A program made the position numbers and the translations under genes. The notes under the pieces are model-generated. The model was given only the letters and a program-made list of their open reading frames with translations. It made no database searches and was not told where the DNA came from. Source: the human T2T-CHM13v2.0 reference genome, Homo sapiens. Taken from it: 64,000 bases of DNA. Location of the stretch: assembly GCF_009914755.1 (NCBI RefSeq), contig NC_060936.1; one strand, given 5' to 3'. Positions 40,345-63,568 of this stretch are shown here, one piece after another (positions within the stretch are counted from its first letter, which is position 1; each line of letters starts with the position of its first letter).

Positions 40345-41414
40345 TATCATGGGAACCAGCCCCCAATATTTCAAGGTAGGTTCTTTTCTATTTTCCCTAA
40401 GTGTCAGCTGGTCTGAGAAATAAAGAGACTACAAAAGAAAGAAATTTTACAGGTGGGTCTCCGGGGGTGACATCACATGTCGGAAGGTTCTGTGATGCCC
40501 CTGACCTGCAAAACCAGCAAGTTTTTATTATGGATTTCAAAAGGGGAGTGGCGTATGAATAGGGAGTGGGTCACAGAGATCACAGGCTTCAAAGGCAATA
40601 AAGTATCACAAGGGCAGAGAGGCAGAGCGAGATCACAAGGCCAGGGTGAAACTGGAATTACTGATGAAGGTCCATGACCCGCTGGGCACACATTGTCATT
40701 GATAAACATCTTAACAGGAAACAGGGTCCCAGAGCAGACAACCGGTCTGACTAGAATTTCGCCAGGCTGGAATTTCCCAATCCTAACAAGCCTGGGGGCG
40801 CTGCAGGAGACCAGGGTGTATTTCATCCTTTATCTACAACTGTATAAGACAGACACTCCCAGAGCGGCCATTTTAGAGACCTCTCCCTGGGAATGCATTC
40901 GTTTTCCCAGGGTTATTCCTTGCTGAGAAAAGAATTCAGCGATATTTCTCCTATTCACTTTCTGGAAGAAGAGAAATATGACTCTGTTCTGCCTGGCCTG
41001 CAGGCAGTCAGACTTTATGGTTATCTCCCTTGTTCCCTGAAAATCACTGTTATCCTGTTCTTTTCAAGGTGCCCAGATTTCATATTGTTCAAACACACAT
41101 GCTTTTCAATTTGTGCAGATAACACAATCATCACAGGGTCCTGAGGTGACATACATCTTCAGCTTACAAAGATGATGGGATTAAGAGATTAAAGACAGGC
41201 ATAGGAAATTATAAGAGTATTGATTGGGGAAGTGATAAATGTCCATGAAATCTTCACAATTTATGTCCAGAGATTGCAGTAAAGACAGATGTAGGAAATT
41301 ATAAAAGTATTAATTTGGGGAACTAACAAATGTCCATGAAATCTTCACAATTTATGTTATTCTGCCGTGGCTTCAGCTGGTCCCTCCATTTGGGTTCCCT
41401 GACTTCCCACAACA
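40345..41414 (-). mobile_element. Solo MER11 (HERV-K HML-8) LTR
   Basis: tatcatgggaaccagcccccaatatttc ... ccctgacttcccacaaca; internal tandem duplication at 41190-41355; TSD agaaat/agaaag. Confidence 0.88.
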
Positions 41415-41519
41415 AGAAAGAATATCCTATTGGAATTTATAATAATTTTAAAAATTTAGCCATCATAATTATCTTAGGATAATTGGTATCAGAAGAGGAT
41501 TGTTTAAAGCAAATATACT

Positions 41520-42207
41520 TTTTAAAAATAACTTCAACTTTTAGATTCAAGGGGTATATGTGCAGGTTTGTTTCATGAGTGTATTGTATGATGCTGAGAT
41601 TTAGGGTATGAATGATCCTGTCATCCAAGTAGTGAGAATAGCACTCAATAGGTAGTTTTTCAATCATCCCCCTCCTCTCTTTCTCCCCCACTCTAGTATT
41701 CCCCAGTGTCTATTGTTCCCGTCTTTATATCCATGTGTACCGAATGCTTAGCTCCCACTTACAGGTGAGAACATGTGGTATTTGGTTTTCTGTTCCTATG
41801 TTAATTCACTTAGGATAATAGCTTCCAGCTGCATCCATGTTGCTTTGAAGGATGTGATTTCATTCTTTTTTATAGCTGCATAGTATTCTGTGATGTATAC
41901 ATACTATATTTTCTTTACCCAATCTACCATTGATGGGCACCCAGGTTGATTCTATGTTTCTGCTATTGTGAACAGTGCTGTGATTAACTTACTAGTGCAT
42001 GTATCTTTTCTTGCAGAATGATTTATTTTCCTTTGGATATATATCCAGTAATGGGATTGCTGGGTGAAATTATAGTTCTAAGGTCTTTGAGAAGTCACCG
42101 AACTGCTTTCCACAGTGGCTGAACAATGTATTAAGTGTTCCCTTTTCTCCACAGCCTCACTAGCATCTGTTGTTTTTCACTTTTCAATAATAGCCATTCT
42201 GACTGGT
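41520..42207 (-). mobile_element. Older primate L1 (L1PB/late L1PA) 3' end
   Basis: caacttttagattcaaggggtatatgtgcagg ... gccattctgactgg. Confidence 0.85.
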
Positions 42208-50635
<8,428 letters not shown>

Positions 50636-50650
50636 AAAATTATGTGGTAA

Positions 50651-51071
<421 letters not shown>

Positions 51072-51541
51072 TAAATTATTCTCTTTTCAAGGACTAATGG
51101 AGTTACTATTTTGTTTGCTCTCCTTCAAATGTTAATTGGTTTAATTCTAGTTAGCTGTTTGTCAACAGGTTTCGAATTTCTAAAATCCTGAATCTCTTGT
51201 GAGAATTGTGATATCTTTTTGCAAGTTATTTATTATATCACATTTGCCTTGTATTGTTGGACATTAACAGCACTGTACAATTAATAAGAAACCTACAAAG
51301 ATGTTGACTCTTCCCACTAGAATTAATTGTAATTATATAGAAAGTAATTGTATAAGTTTGTTAGTAAATTTGTGAGTGTGTTATGACTACTTTCGTTGCC
51401 CTATGCCACCTTGTACAGGTGGTGACTTGAATGTGAATACTTGGAAAATGAGGATGCCATATTTTAATTGTTATAAATGTATATGTTAGTACAGAATTTT
51501 ATAGAGTCTCCTGATAACGGGGCATGGTGGCATTATCACCT

Positions 51542-51823
51542 TTTTTTCTTTTTATTTAAGTTGTGGGATACATGTGCAGAATGTGCAGGTTTGTTACATA
51601 GGTATACATGTGCCATGGTGGTTTGCTGCACCTATCAACCCATCAAATTCTATGTTTTAAGCCCCGCATACATTAGGTATTTGTCCTAATGCTCTCCCTC
51701 CCCTTGCCTCCCACCCTCTGACAGGCCCCGATGTGTGATGTTCCCCTCCCTGTGTCCACGTATTCTCATTGTTCAACTCCCATTTATGAGTAAGAACATG
51801 CGGTATTTGGTTTTCTGTTCCTG
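51542..51823 (-). mobile_element. Short L1PA 3' end
   Basis: L1 3'UTR; TSD tatcacct (51534-51541, 51824-51831). Confidence 0.9.
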
Positions 51824-52029
51824 TATCACCTACTTTTTAATTATAATCTCATATTGACAAGAAACTTGAATTTACCAGATAGTTTGGAGAAGTATAAAAA
51901 CAGAATATTCTTAATATAAATTTATACACCACGTTCCCAGTGAGAAATATTCCTAAGCTCTTTCAGCCTATACTTTTGTGTTAATCACTGTATCTATACT
52001 GAGCATTATGGATTTTTTATTTAAAACAG

Positions 52030-52333
52030 CATGGTTTAATAGAAACATAAGCCACACATTTTATTTCACATTTTCTTTTAGCTACATTAAAAAGGTAAAA
52101 AGCAAGTAAAGTTAATTCTCATTTTATTATTTAATCTAATGTATCCAAAATATTTCAACTTATAATCAATATAAAAACTATTAAGGAGATATTTTACATT
52201 CTTTGTTTCATACCAAGTCTTTAAAATCTGAAGTATATTATGCATGTAGAGCACATCTCAATTTAGACTAGCCACATTTCAACTGCTCAGTAACCCCATG
52301 TGACTAGTAGCTCTAGTATGAGATAGCACAGAT
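52030..52333. mobile_element. MER33/MER3-type hAT-Charlie MITE
   Basis: gactagccacatttcaa..gctcagtaaccccatgtgactagtagct terminal motif. Confidence 0.7.
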
Positions 52334-52334
52334 G

Positions 52335-52655
52335 TATTTATTTAATTATTTAGGGACAAGGTCTTGCTGTGTCACCCAGGCTGGAGTGCAGTGGTGTGAT
52401 CTCAGCTCACTGCAACTTCTGCCTCTGAGGCTCAAGTGATCCTCCCGCCTCAGCCTTCCAAGTCGCTGGGACTACAGGCACCTGCCACCACACCCAGCTA
52501 ATTAAAAAACTTTTTTTTTTTTTTTTTTTTTTTTTTGTAGAGATGGGTTCTCACTATATTGCCTAGGCTGGTCTCGAACTCCTGGGCTCAAGAGATTCTC
52601 TCACCTTGGCCTCCCAAAGTGCTGGGATTACAGGAATGAGCCACTGTGCCCAGCC
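52335..52655 (-). mobile_element. AluJ-type SINE
   Basis: TSD gatagcacagat (52322-52333, 52658-52669). Confidence 0.9.
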
Positions 52656-52774
52656 CTGATAGCACAGATTTAAGGATTGAGTTCTTACAAGTGGCTCATC
52701 TCTAGAGCACGTCTTATTCAATATTCAAGTACTTTTCTTAATATGATTTGAGGTAGGGATTCTGTATTAGAGGG

Positions 52775-53108
52775 TGTTATGAACTCAATGTTTGTGTCTT
52801 TCTAAAAATTCCTACGTTGAAACCTTAATCCCTAAGGTTGGGCCTTTGAGAGGTTATTAGGTTCAGATGAGGTCATGAGGGTGGAGCCCCTATACGGCAT
52901 TAGTGTCCTTATAAGAAGAGGAAGAGACTAGAGCTCAGTTGCTCTGCCATGTGAGTACACAGCGAGAAGTTGACCATCTACAAGCCAGGAAGATGGCCCC
53001 CATTTGGAACTGAATTAGCCATCACCCAGATGGTTGTATGGGACTTCCCAGCCTCCAAAATAGTCAGAAATAAATTCTGTTGTTTAAACCACCCAGTCTA
53101 CTAAGACA
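52775..53108 (+). mobile_element. MLT1A/MST-type LTR
   Basis: tgttatgaactcaatgtttgtgtc ... aataaattctgttgtttaaaccacccagtc. Confidence 0.75.
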
Positions 53109-54375
53109 GAGGGAAAGACCGAAATGTAATACAATGACAACAACCACTGCCTCACAATTTGGTGGGAAAGAAAGACGTATGAAAACGAAATAAGGGAACA
53201 AAGAAGAAAGGCGATTCTTACGGGAGTCAGAATATACAACATAGAAAAGGTAACATTTGAGTTGGGCCTTGAAGGATAAGCAGGAGTTTGATAGAGAAAT
53301 AAGTAAGCAAATGGCATTCCAGTCAAAAGGAACAGAAACACTGAGTAACTGAAGAACCTGTATTTTGTGTCTGCTAAGAAGTTTAATAAACCTGAACTAC
53401 AAGAGACAGGGTCTCCAGGGTGGGTAGGTGGCCTGAGGATTGCAGAGTGTTTGTATCAACCACTGCTCAAAATAAGAAGATCTGATTTAAAATGTTGCTG
53501 AGCAACAACAAACTGATGATGCCCACAGCATAGTTTTTCTATTTTCTGTAGTTTTACTTAAACTAAAACAAATTTTTTTTAATCAAGGATTGGCTAAGTT
53601 AGCTCATAGGAAGATCCTAAGATTACTGAAGATTCTTGTGTGAACATGCTTGCGATTTTTGATTATTGGCTTCCAGGCTAGATAAAGATATAAAGACAGC
53701 TTGGGACTGGGGATGCTGGGCTGACAGTATAAGATAATGAGAAGCCTGAAAGTCACCATACATATGGAGAAAAGATTTAGCAGCAGGGACAGTGAAGAGC
53801 TTAAGAAGTAGAAGGGAGACTCTTGTGGCCAAAGGACAGGAATTGGGGGATAGAGCAATTCTACTTGGTAAGACCCAGGGTATGTCTGTTTGGAAGATTT
53901 GTTAACATTGCTGGAATAGAATTGCTTAAAGAAGTTTGTGGGCAGAGTGTTAGATATTCAAATGCAGATAAAGACTATAGGCCAAGGCTCAAGACCTCAG
54001 GGGTTATAAAGAAGGTCTGAGGATGAAGATGGTATGAGTAGAACTGGTATAAATGAATGTCAGACATCTCAAATGTTACTGAGGGAATGCTGTGTAGCAA
54101 TGTCAGCATTGGAAAACTGGGAGCTATTTGGTCCCAACATCCCAAGATACAGTGAATGAGAGTGAATGAATGCCTTTAGCCAAGCGCTTTACCAGGGATA
54201 GGACGTCAAAAGGGCAAAGAGAAGCAGCATGGCACAAAATAGTGGTTCTCAAACTTTGACTGTGTCCCAGAAACACTGGGGAGAGCCGATTAAAAGCACC
54301 GATTGGTTGTTATGGTGTGGACATTCAAATGCATGTCAAGAGAGCCATTGTTATAAAGAAGAGAGACCGCCTGGG

Positions 54376-54546
54376 TTTTTTTTTTTTTTTCTTGCTAGGG
54401 TATGCAATTTCTTTCTTTTTTTTTCAATTATACTTTAAGTTTTAGGGTACATGTGCACAACGTGCAGGTTAGTTACATATGTATACATGCGCCATGTTGG
54501 TGCGCTGCACCCATTAACTTGTCATTTAACATTAGGTATATCTCCT
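54376..54546 (-). mobile_element. Very short young L1PA (PA3-like) 3' end with a double A-tail, inserted in a MIR
   Basis: tttagggtacatgtgcacaacgtgcaggttagttacatatg; TSD cctgggtttt / cctggtttt; MIR core resumes at about 54550. Confidence 0.88.
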
Positions 54547-55224
54547 GGTTTTAATTCACTTCTTTCACTCACTAACAGTGTAAACTTGAGCAAATTACTT
54601 AACTCTGACTCTCAGCTTCCTCATCAAACATGTAGCTATATAATACATACATTTCAGGATCATAACGAAGTAAACTTGAACTGAGAACATGCCAGACTAT
54701 AGTGTGCCATGAAAAGTATCAGGCCGATGGTCACGGGACACAGCGAACTGGCAGAAGATAGCTACTCTCTGTAAGTGGAATAGTCTAGTATGTAACTATT
54801 AGGCTTCCCCAATCTTGGGCAGGGTCGAAGCTATAGGGCAGAAGATGAAGGCTCATTGCTATATATCTATGCTAAAGAAAGTTTTAAAAAATATTTAAAG
54901 ACAAGTATAACAATGTTTAAGAGTTTAGAAGTTCATGTTACTCAATTCTCATCTTAATATTATCTTTAAATCCATATTTTTAAAAGTGACTTCTCTGTTT
55001 AAGTATGAGCAGCACAGATTCCAGCAGTGCTTATAAATTAGGTGTGGTGGCTCACTCTCTTTTTATATCACATCAGTCAAAGAAAAAAGCAGAAGTTCCA
55101 CAGCAGCTTCCTCTTTGAAGAAACTGCCTCAAGGGCAGCTAAAGTAAGGAAGTGATAAAGTAAAATCTAGCATGCAAAGGGAGAGAAAATATAAGTACTT
55201 AAATATATGAATTAACAACATGCC

Positions 55225-55622
55225 TTCTTTGACCAGACTTCAGTCAGGCTCCTCTAAGCCCTCTTCTCGACTGGGGCTTGATCTTGGCCCTCATCATTCC
55301 CAGACCTGCATAGCCTGGTTTTAGCAAGAATCCTGTTAAGTCAATTTAGAGGAAATATTTCCCATTCTTTTCTGATCATCCTGGCCTGACCGCAGCAAGA
55401 ACCCTGTTAGATGAGTTTAACAAGAATCCCCTCATCCTTGATGTCTCTTCTTAGTGATTTTTCCATCCAGACTCTGCTCCTTGGCTATAAATCCCCAAGT
55501 GTCTTTATCGTACTCAGAATTGAGCCCAATTCTATACTAAGGCCTTTTTTTCCTTTTTGCAATTTTTTAAAATAAAATATATCTTTACCACTTTAGTGTC
55601 TGGCTCTGGTTCTCTTTAATAA
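55225..55622 (+). mobile_element. ERV1-type LTR (MER31-like)
   Basis: cttcagtcaggctcctct, repeated tagcaagaatcctg, ttggctataaatcccc, aataaa. Confidence 0.6.
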
Positions 55623-56559
55623 TATGTACAACCAGATACATGTATACATATAGTTCCAATGTTTAATATATGGTCTCAGTGCCCATATGCTGATGATGAA
55701 AGTATAAATTAGTACAAGTTCCAAGAGAGTAACTGGATACTCTACATTTGAAATCTTTAAAACACTCATATCCTATTCACTTATTCTAATTCTAGGAATC
55801 AATCTTACTAAATATAGAATATATAAAGATATCCACAGCATTATTAAAATAAGGAATAATTGAAACAGATCTGAATATTCAACAATAATGTGTTATGTAA
55901 ATTATGCATTCATTTGCAAAAACATTGTATAGTCCTTAAAATGTTTATGAAAGATTATAATAACCAAAAACATGCTTATGAAATAATAAATACAAAAAGC
56001 AAGATACAGGATTGCATGAAATTATGCCCTCGATTAACAAACAAAATTTCTATGTGTGTATTATATATTTCAAATATATATATGAGAATATGTATAAAAG
56101 ATTGATAGAGGCACATGAAAATGTTGAGAGGGAGTCTTCTGAGATGTATTGATAATTTTTGTTTCCTTTATCCCCAAAAAGTCAGGTTTCTTAGTTGCAA
56201 AGAAAAGAAGCCACTAAAGTGGAAATGATATTTATTAAAAGCAATTAGGTAGCTGACAGAATGATTAAGGCGGCTGAGAACAGTCTCTAGGCTAAGCTTC
56301 CTAGGGCAATGCCCACCAAGTCTGCTGTAAAGAAAATCATCACTGTTGCTGCTATTGAGTAATAAATGTCAGCAACAGAACTTTTCTAAAACTTCTGGCT
56401 ACCTGCTCTTCTAGAAAACTACCACCTCTTAAACTACTACCCCCAAAAGCTGTACATGTCTGTTGCCAACTATCTGTCAAAAATAGAAGCTTCATGCAGA
56501 GGCTGTTTCTTCATGTTGCTCATCTCCAGATCAAAGTCTTAGAGAGCTCCGAGCAGAGG

Positions 56560-56950
56560 AGTGACATAGCTGACTTATATTGTAAGAGGATAATTCTGAC
56601 TGCCAGAGGAGCATATATGTAAAGGGCAAGGAAGGAAGCAAGGATAGTACTTAGAAGCTATTGTAATAATCCAGGCAAGAAGTAAAGCCAGGTTGGTAGA
56701 AGGTGGAGCGATGAGAAATAGTCGAATTCTGGATACATTTCAAAGATAGACATAATAGGATTTGCTAATTGCCTACATTTGAGGAGTGAGAGAAAGAAAA
56801 TGCAGGAATAATCCCAAGATTTAGACTTGAGAATTTGGAAGATATTTTGGTGACAATGTACTGAGATGAGGAAGACCTTGGGGCAGACGTGACAGGTAGC
56901 AGTTGAGTGCATGAGGTGAGCTCAAGGCTGGAAATAGAAATATGGAAAAT
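56560..56950 (-). mobile_element. L2 remnant
   Basis: gctattgtaataatccaggcaaga ... aattctggatacattt ... ggatttgcta L2 motifs. Confidence 0.7.
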
Positions 56951-58393
56951 GCCTTGCATAATAGCTGGCAACTAGTGGGATAGTGGGCAGGGATTTCCTG
57001 TTGGGTACAATTTTGGGCATATCTGGGCTTGCCTAATCAAAGTCCTATTTTCATGTAAATGAAGGAGCCTCCTAGGAAGAAAGTTGTGCTGAAATTGACC
57101 CAATAGAAAATTCTTTAGCCCTTGACAGAGAAGGAAGATTCTGAACAGCATGGATACCATCACTCGAATTTATCTCCTAATCCAAATTCTGTAGATAGGC
57201 AATCAGGGAAGATGTAAGTAAAAACTAAAGGGCGTCTGAGCATGTAGCACTGCTTTGGGGCTGACCCTATGGACTGACTTCTTGAGGCACCCCTAATAGA
57301 AACCCATGGAACCGTGGCCACACAAGAGATAAGTGTCTGGAAAAGTAGCATAAGCTCTTGGTGGAAATGGACTTCTTCACCAGTTAATGTAAAAGAAACC
57401 CTCAGACAACCTTTTGTGGGTGATTTTACAAGGTGTTGAGGTCCTATGTTAGGCAGTTGTAGGCAAAATCAGTGAGGTATGTATTACTATCCTAATCTGA
57501 CACAGTTGGCTCCATTTGGGGAAGAAAGATCTGGTTGTAGTATATATTATCACTAATGAAAGGGATTGAGAAAAGAAAAGTAGTAAGAGTATAAAAGAAT
57601 AGATTATTTCTGCTCTTACATCTGAGAAATTGAAAGGAAATATCACATAGCAGAATCCTTGGCAACCAGAAGAATTCAATGTAGCTATAGTTATGCTTGA
57701 ATATACAAATATAATTAACCTAGTCCTGAGAACTGCATATAACCCAAAATCATCCAAGCTAGGCAAAAGATGTTAAAGTAAAAAATTAATTTTACAAAGC
57801 TATATATTTTTAAAAGGCAATTATTTTTGAAAATGATCCTTTGTTGGGTAGAGAAAGGGAATACATAATAAAGCTAAAAATGTCCAAACATACAACATAA
57901 AATTGTTGCAGTCTAATAACTAAAAAAGCCAATATTACTGTTTTGTACATTATTTTAGAAGAAATGAGTATATTTAGTAGGAGCATTGCTCTGCTCCAGT
58001 GTCATTGTATAAGAATTAACCTTGAATATCAAGTGGCATTTGCCCAACATTTTTCATCTGAATATCTAAAACTGTTTAAAAACTAATTATAAAACATCAT
58101 TTATGGGTCATTAAATACATCTATTTCTAATAGGAAAATAAGTTATTTATTTAGACTATTCAAATGAATACCAAATGCAGTGTATAAAAAGTCACAAGGT
58201 AAAGAACCCGTCAAGAAACAAATTTAACACCATTGTGAGTAGTTTATATCAAAAATCCATTATTGATCTATAGCAATAATACTTACAGTGTCAAGGTATA
58301 TTTTTTCCTAACTTGATTTTATTCTCTTGTCAAAATGTAATGCTATAAATATGAAAGTGTTCTAGGTTAAACGTAGCCTCAACTGTATGTATG

Positions 58394-59068
<675 letters not shown>

Positions 59069-59119
59069 GTATGGAATGCACTTATGCATACCTAGAGTAA
59101 TAAAGGAAAAGAAATAATA

Positions 59120-59560
59120 ATAATAGCTGGTATATATAGTACTTACCCTGTGTCAGGCACTACCTAATCTGTTTTTAGAAATAACTTCTTATTTAAATTT
59201 GTTTATCAATCCAATGAAGGAGGTAATATTATCATTCCTATTTTACAGATAAGGAAACTAAAGGACAGAAAGACAAAATGCCCATTCATACACCTAGTAC
59301 AGGGTATTTGATTTGAACACAGACAGTCTAATGAACTTGTGCTCTTAACAACTACAGACAAGATTTGCAATGAGACCTTAAGTTAACATCTTACTAGTGT
59401 CATTCCCCTGGTCCAGTTATTTATCCTCTTTATGTCCCAATATTTTCATCTGTAAATAGGAATAATTTTGTGTATACACATACATATATATACACACATA
59501 TATATGTTACAAGATTATTATGAGAGCATAGTGAGATAATGAATTTGAAAAGGTTTGGTG
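59120..59560. mobile_element. Two MIR fragments in opposite orientation
   Basis: cctattttacagataaggaaact (59237) and tttcatctgtaaatagg (59444) MIR cores. Confidence 0.7.
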
Positions 59561-61609
59561 CTTGTCATCACTGCTGCCAACTGACCTAAGCTAACATGGC
59601 CTCAAATGTCAGGTTCCTTTGATAAATATTGAAGCCTCTTGCAGTTAGAGCTGAGTTATGCAAAGGCTATGTTCCCCTCCCTTACAAACCCAGTACCTGA
59701 TAGTATGCTATTATGAAAGTAAGTCTTGGACAAATTTTGCTAAATGTCTTAACATTCATTAGCAAACAATTACAGAAACATTCCTGCTTTCTACTCTTAG
59801 ACGCTCCAATGGTAAGCTCACTAAACAGACATTCTAAAGTTAAGACTAGCAGCCTTGAAGTCAAGGCAGAAAACGGGGACCTCTTGTGAGGTGGCAATTC
59901 CCTTGAACACTACACCAGCAGTAATAGAGATCTGAGGATGTCTGCTTCTTTATACTTCATTCATGCAATAGCAGGAGGCTGTGTTCAATCTCCCCACAAG
60001 CCATTCACCATGAAAATTACTCATTTTGCCAGTGAAAATGATTCTCTAACATGCCCTGTTCTAATTAACAAACTCTCAGGTATCAATTTCCATAACCATA
60101 TCTGAAGTGTTAACCATCACCTTTGGAGTGTGGATTCTTGGTTAGAGTACTTCAGCACTAATTAACTGCTTCTAGAATATGGACTACAGTTAACTTGTAC
60201 ATTGTCACATACGTAAAACTAATTTATACCAAATTAAAGTATCATCACACAACAATGTAACAGTGACATGTTTGCTTAATAAATATAGCCCCTCCCTCTT
60301 TCTGAATCCTTTATCTTTGTCTATCCCCACACCCAACACATAGCCCCAGTAGAATAGGTGGCTAGAGGTTTTGGAGCCTAAATGTTTTTGGAATCTAATC
60401 AGGAAGTGTGGGATTATAGAAAATTCTATATCATTTCTCCCCAAGAAATAAAAAAGCTCATCATATATATAAATGGATATATTTAGAACAGTATAGCAAG
60501 GTTGAGATTTTTCCACATAATATAAATGATTATCTCTAGCTACACAAACTGTTGCTTTTTATAAGACACTTGAGTAAAGCTTGCGGGGATAGAGAGACAT
60601 AGTCCATTATGCAGTATTACCCACAATACTGAAATTGTGGATATTCCTTTAGTCTTTTATCTATGAATGGGTTTATCAGGCAATGTATATGTATGAATTT
60701 GTGCATGATTTTAAAGATCCCATGACTCTCCAAAATAATTGCAGTTTATTTTATTACTATGAAAGATAGCATGTTCTTGCTGTAAAAAAATTAAACGATA
60801 CAGAGAAGAATTAAAAAGAAAGTTAAAAATCTTTTAAAATGCTACCATGAGTGATGAGCACTAAAAACCAATCTCTCTGTCTTAACACACGTGCATAATT
60901 ATCAAAGAGATCATGGTGAAGACTTGGGTTAAGAAGTGGAAAAAGTCATAGCAAAGTTCAAAGCCTTCTAAGCAGTGCAGGCTTACATTTGCTTCCAAGT
61001 AAAAGTTCCTGTTCTGTGGCAAACCACTTCTCTGGACTTTTGGTGCAAACGTGTAGTGTGAATTGAAAAGTTTTAGAGTTGTAGCTCTAAGGAGCTAACC
61101 TGGTCTGCACAATAACACAAAAATCATCTCTGTGACGGCAGACTTTCCCTTTTGCTGATTATTTTCAGGAAAGTAGAGAAAAAATATTAAATCATTTCAA
61201 GACCAAGATAACATTGCTCATTCTTGGGAGTTGTATGTGTATAACAGGGATTACGCAAGCAACCAAAAAAACCACTGATTTTGCTTGCTCGTGGGGTTTC
61301 CTCTTTCTTGTTGTTGTATTCAAAACTCAGTCTAGCTCACAGAGACCCAGAAGAAGATGAGAAGCAGGCCTTAGACATGGTTACCACTTCAAACTGGAGA
61401 AAGGTCTCTTTGTTTATTGTCACTACATTGATCAAAAAGTTGCCTATGAGACCTGGATAAGACACTGCTTATCTCAGATTCCTATAATGTAAAGACATGC
61501 TAGTAGAAATTAGGCAGCCTGGACAAAATTTGAATTTATGTATGAGTATTTTTAAGGTTATTTGTGTGTGTGTGGCAATAGTAATTCTGCCTTATGGTTC
61601 TGTAATGGT

Positions 61610-62072
<463 letters not shown>

Positions 62073-62099
62073 GAAATGTTTCTTTACTTTTTGTTTGCA

Positions 62100-62960
62100 T
62101 TAGAAATATTTCCCCACCTCATTCCATTTTCCATCTCTCTTAATTTTCTAAAATACACGTGTTTTCTAAAACCAGGTCTAAACCCCACCTACAGCTAAAA
62201 TCCTCCAATAACTTCCCATGACTTTGGTGATAAAATAAAAAATCATTAGCAGAATTGAGAAATCCTTCCTGATCTGACTCTTAACTTCTCTCCCCCAAGT
62301 GGCATGAAAGCATCATTTGGATTCTGAATTCCATGACACCAGGTATCAAGTTTTCTACCAGTCAGAATCACTACTTATTTACAGACCATATTTACAGAGG
62401 GAGACAATATGGAGAGGTTCTTGCTCTATTCTTGCCATAACACCATGTCTTCAATTTCACAACTAGATATATAGTTCCTATCCCTCTAATTCCCTTCTCC
62501 TCTCCAGCGCTTTTTCACTTGATCAACACCTAGCTGATTCTAGCCTCAGCAAAGATCTCACCTGCTGTATGTAGGACGGCTCTGCCGTTTCCAGAATGGG
62601 TTAAGTATGCTCTCTTGTGTGTCCATATCTACCTGTGCTTTCCTATATCCAGATCTCCAACAGCCCCTGTTGTAACATCCTTGTCATCACCATCTCACAG
62701 CTCTTACCACTGTAACCTTGGGGCCAGTGACTGTGTTTTTATTTCTGTATTACTAAGGTGAATATACAAGGCAGGAATTTAATATTAGCTAGTTCATTTG
62801 ATCCTGCCAAACCTCTGTAATTAAGGAAGCAGAAAAGGTCCCATAGTCTCATTCAATAGGTGGCTGAGGTTTAGAGAGTTTTGTATCCTGTCCAAGGTCT
62901 TACAGCTAGTTAGAAACAGAAACTAAATTCTCAACTTGAGTCCTGTATTCTTTCTACTAT
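62100..62960. mobile_element. L2 and MIR remnants upstream of the GLIPR1 promoter
   Basis: aaaatcctccaataacttccc (L2); ggctgaggtttagagag..tgtccaaggtcttacagctagt (MIR). Confidence 0.6.
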
Positions 62961-62972
62961 TCTCCCTCTCAA

Positions 62973-62974
62973 TC

Positions 62975-63043
<69 letters not shown>

Positions 63044-63047
63044 TACA
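62973..63047. repeat. Compound (CT)n-(CA)n microsatellite
   Basis: Directly visible about 520 bp upstream of the GLIPR1 ATG. Confidence 0.95.
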
Positions 63048-63049
63048 CG

Positions 63050-63568
63050 CTTACATGTTTCTACCATCGTGAATGAATTCTAGGTCAAGTTTATGATGTT
63101 AACCAGATATTCCAACCACTATGTGTTGATATGACTCTAAAAAGAAAAAGATTTCTGAAAGCATTTTGCGAGGCATTTATAGAAGTAAGAGATATTTTCA
63201 TTTTATCACCGCAACCTCCATTAAAAATTGGAGACTATTATTCCTGGAGACTTCAGAATTTTCTTTGGAAATATCTCCCAATTCAAAAGGAAGTCTGACA
63301 CAGCCTCATAAAAATCTATGTCGTAATAGGTGCTGTGTCACTGAAAACCACTGAAAAGACAGGGTTAAGAACACAAAGTGAGCTGCACACCATATATGGA
63401 GAAACCCGTTTCTTAAAACTAGTGATGAACTCATGCTCTGTTCTGTTTTCTCAAAGCTGAAGTCGGCTAGGTTTGCAAAGCTGTGGGCTGAGCACTCAGG
63501 CAATCACACTCTCAGAAACTGCGGCGGCTCTGGACTGCAGCCTCCCAAGGCTCCATGCCAGACAAAGC
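63050..63568 (+). promoter_or_regulatory. GLIPR1: GLIPR1 proximal promoter / 5'UTR (non-CpG-island)
   Basis: Unique sequence directly upstream of the ATG with an ETS/PU.1-like AAAAGGAAGT at 63285-63294. TSS not determinable from sequence. Confidence 0.6.

Noticed and set aside
59686-59724. Resemblance to the end of GLIPR1 exon 1 (aaacc...tatgctat.atg..gtaag), suggesting a paralogous pseudo-exon
   Set aside because: Similarity is short, needs gaps, contains stops and does not extend upstream; likely chance.
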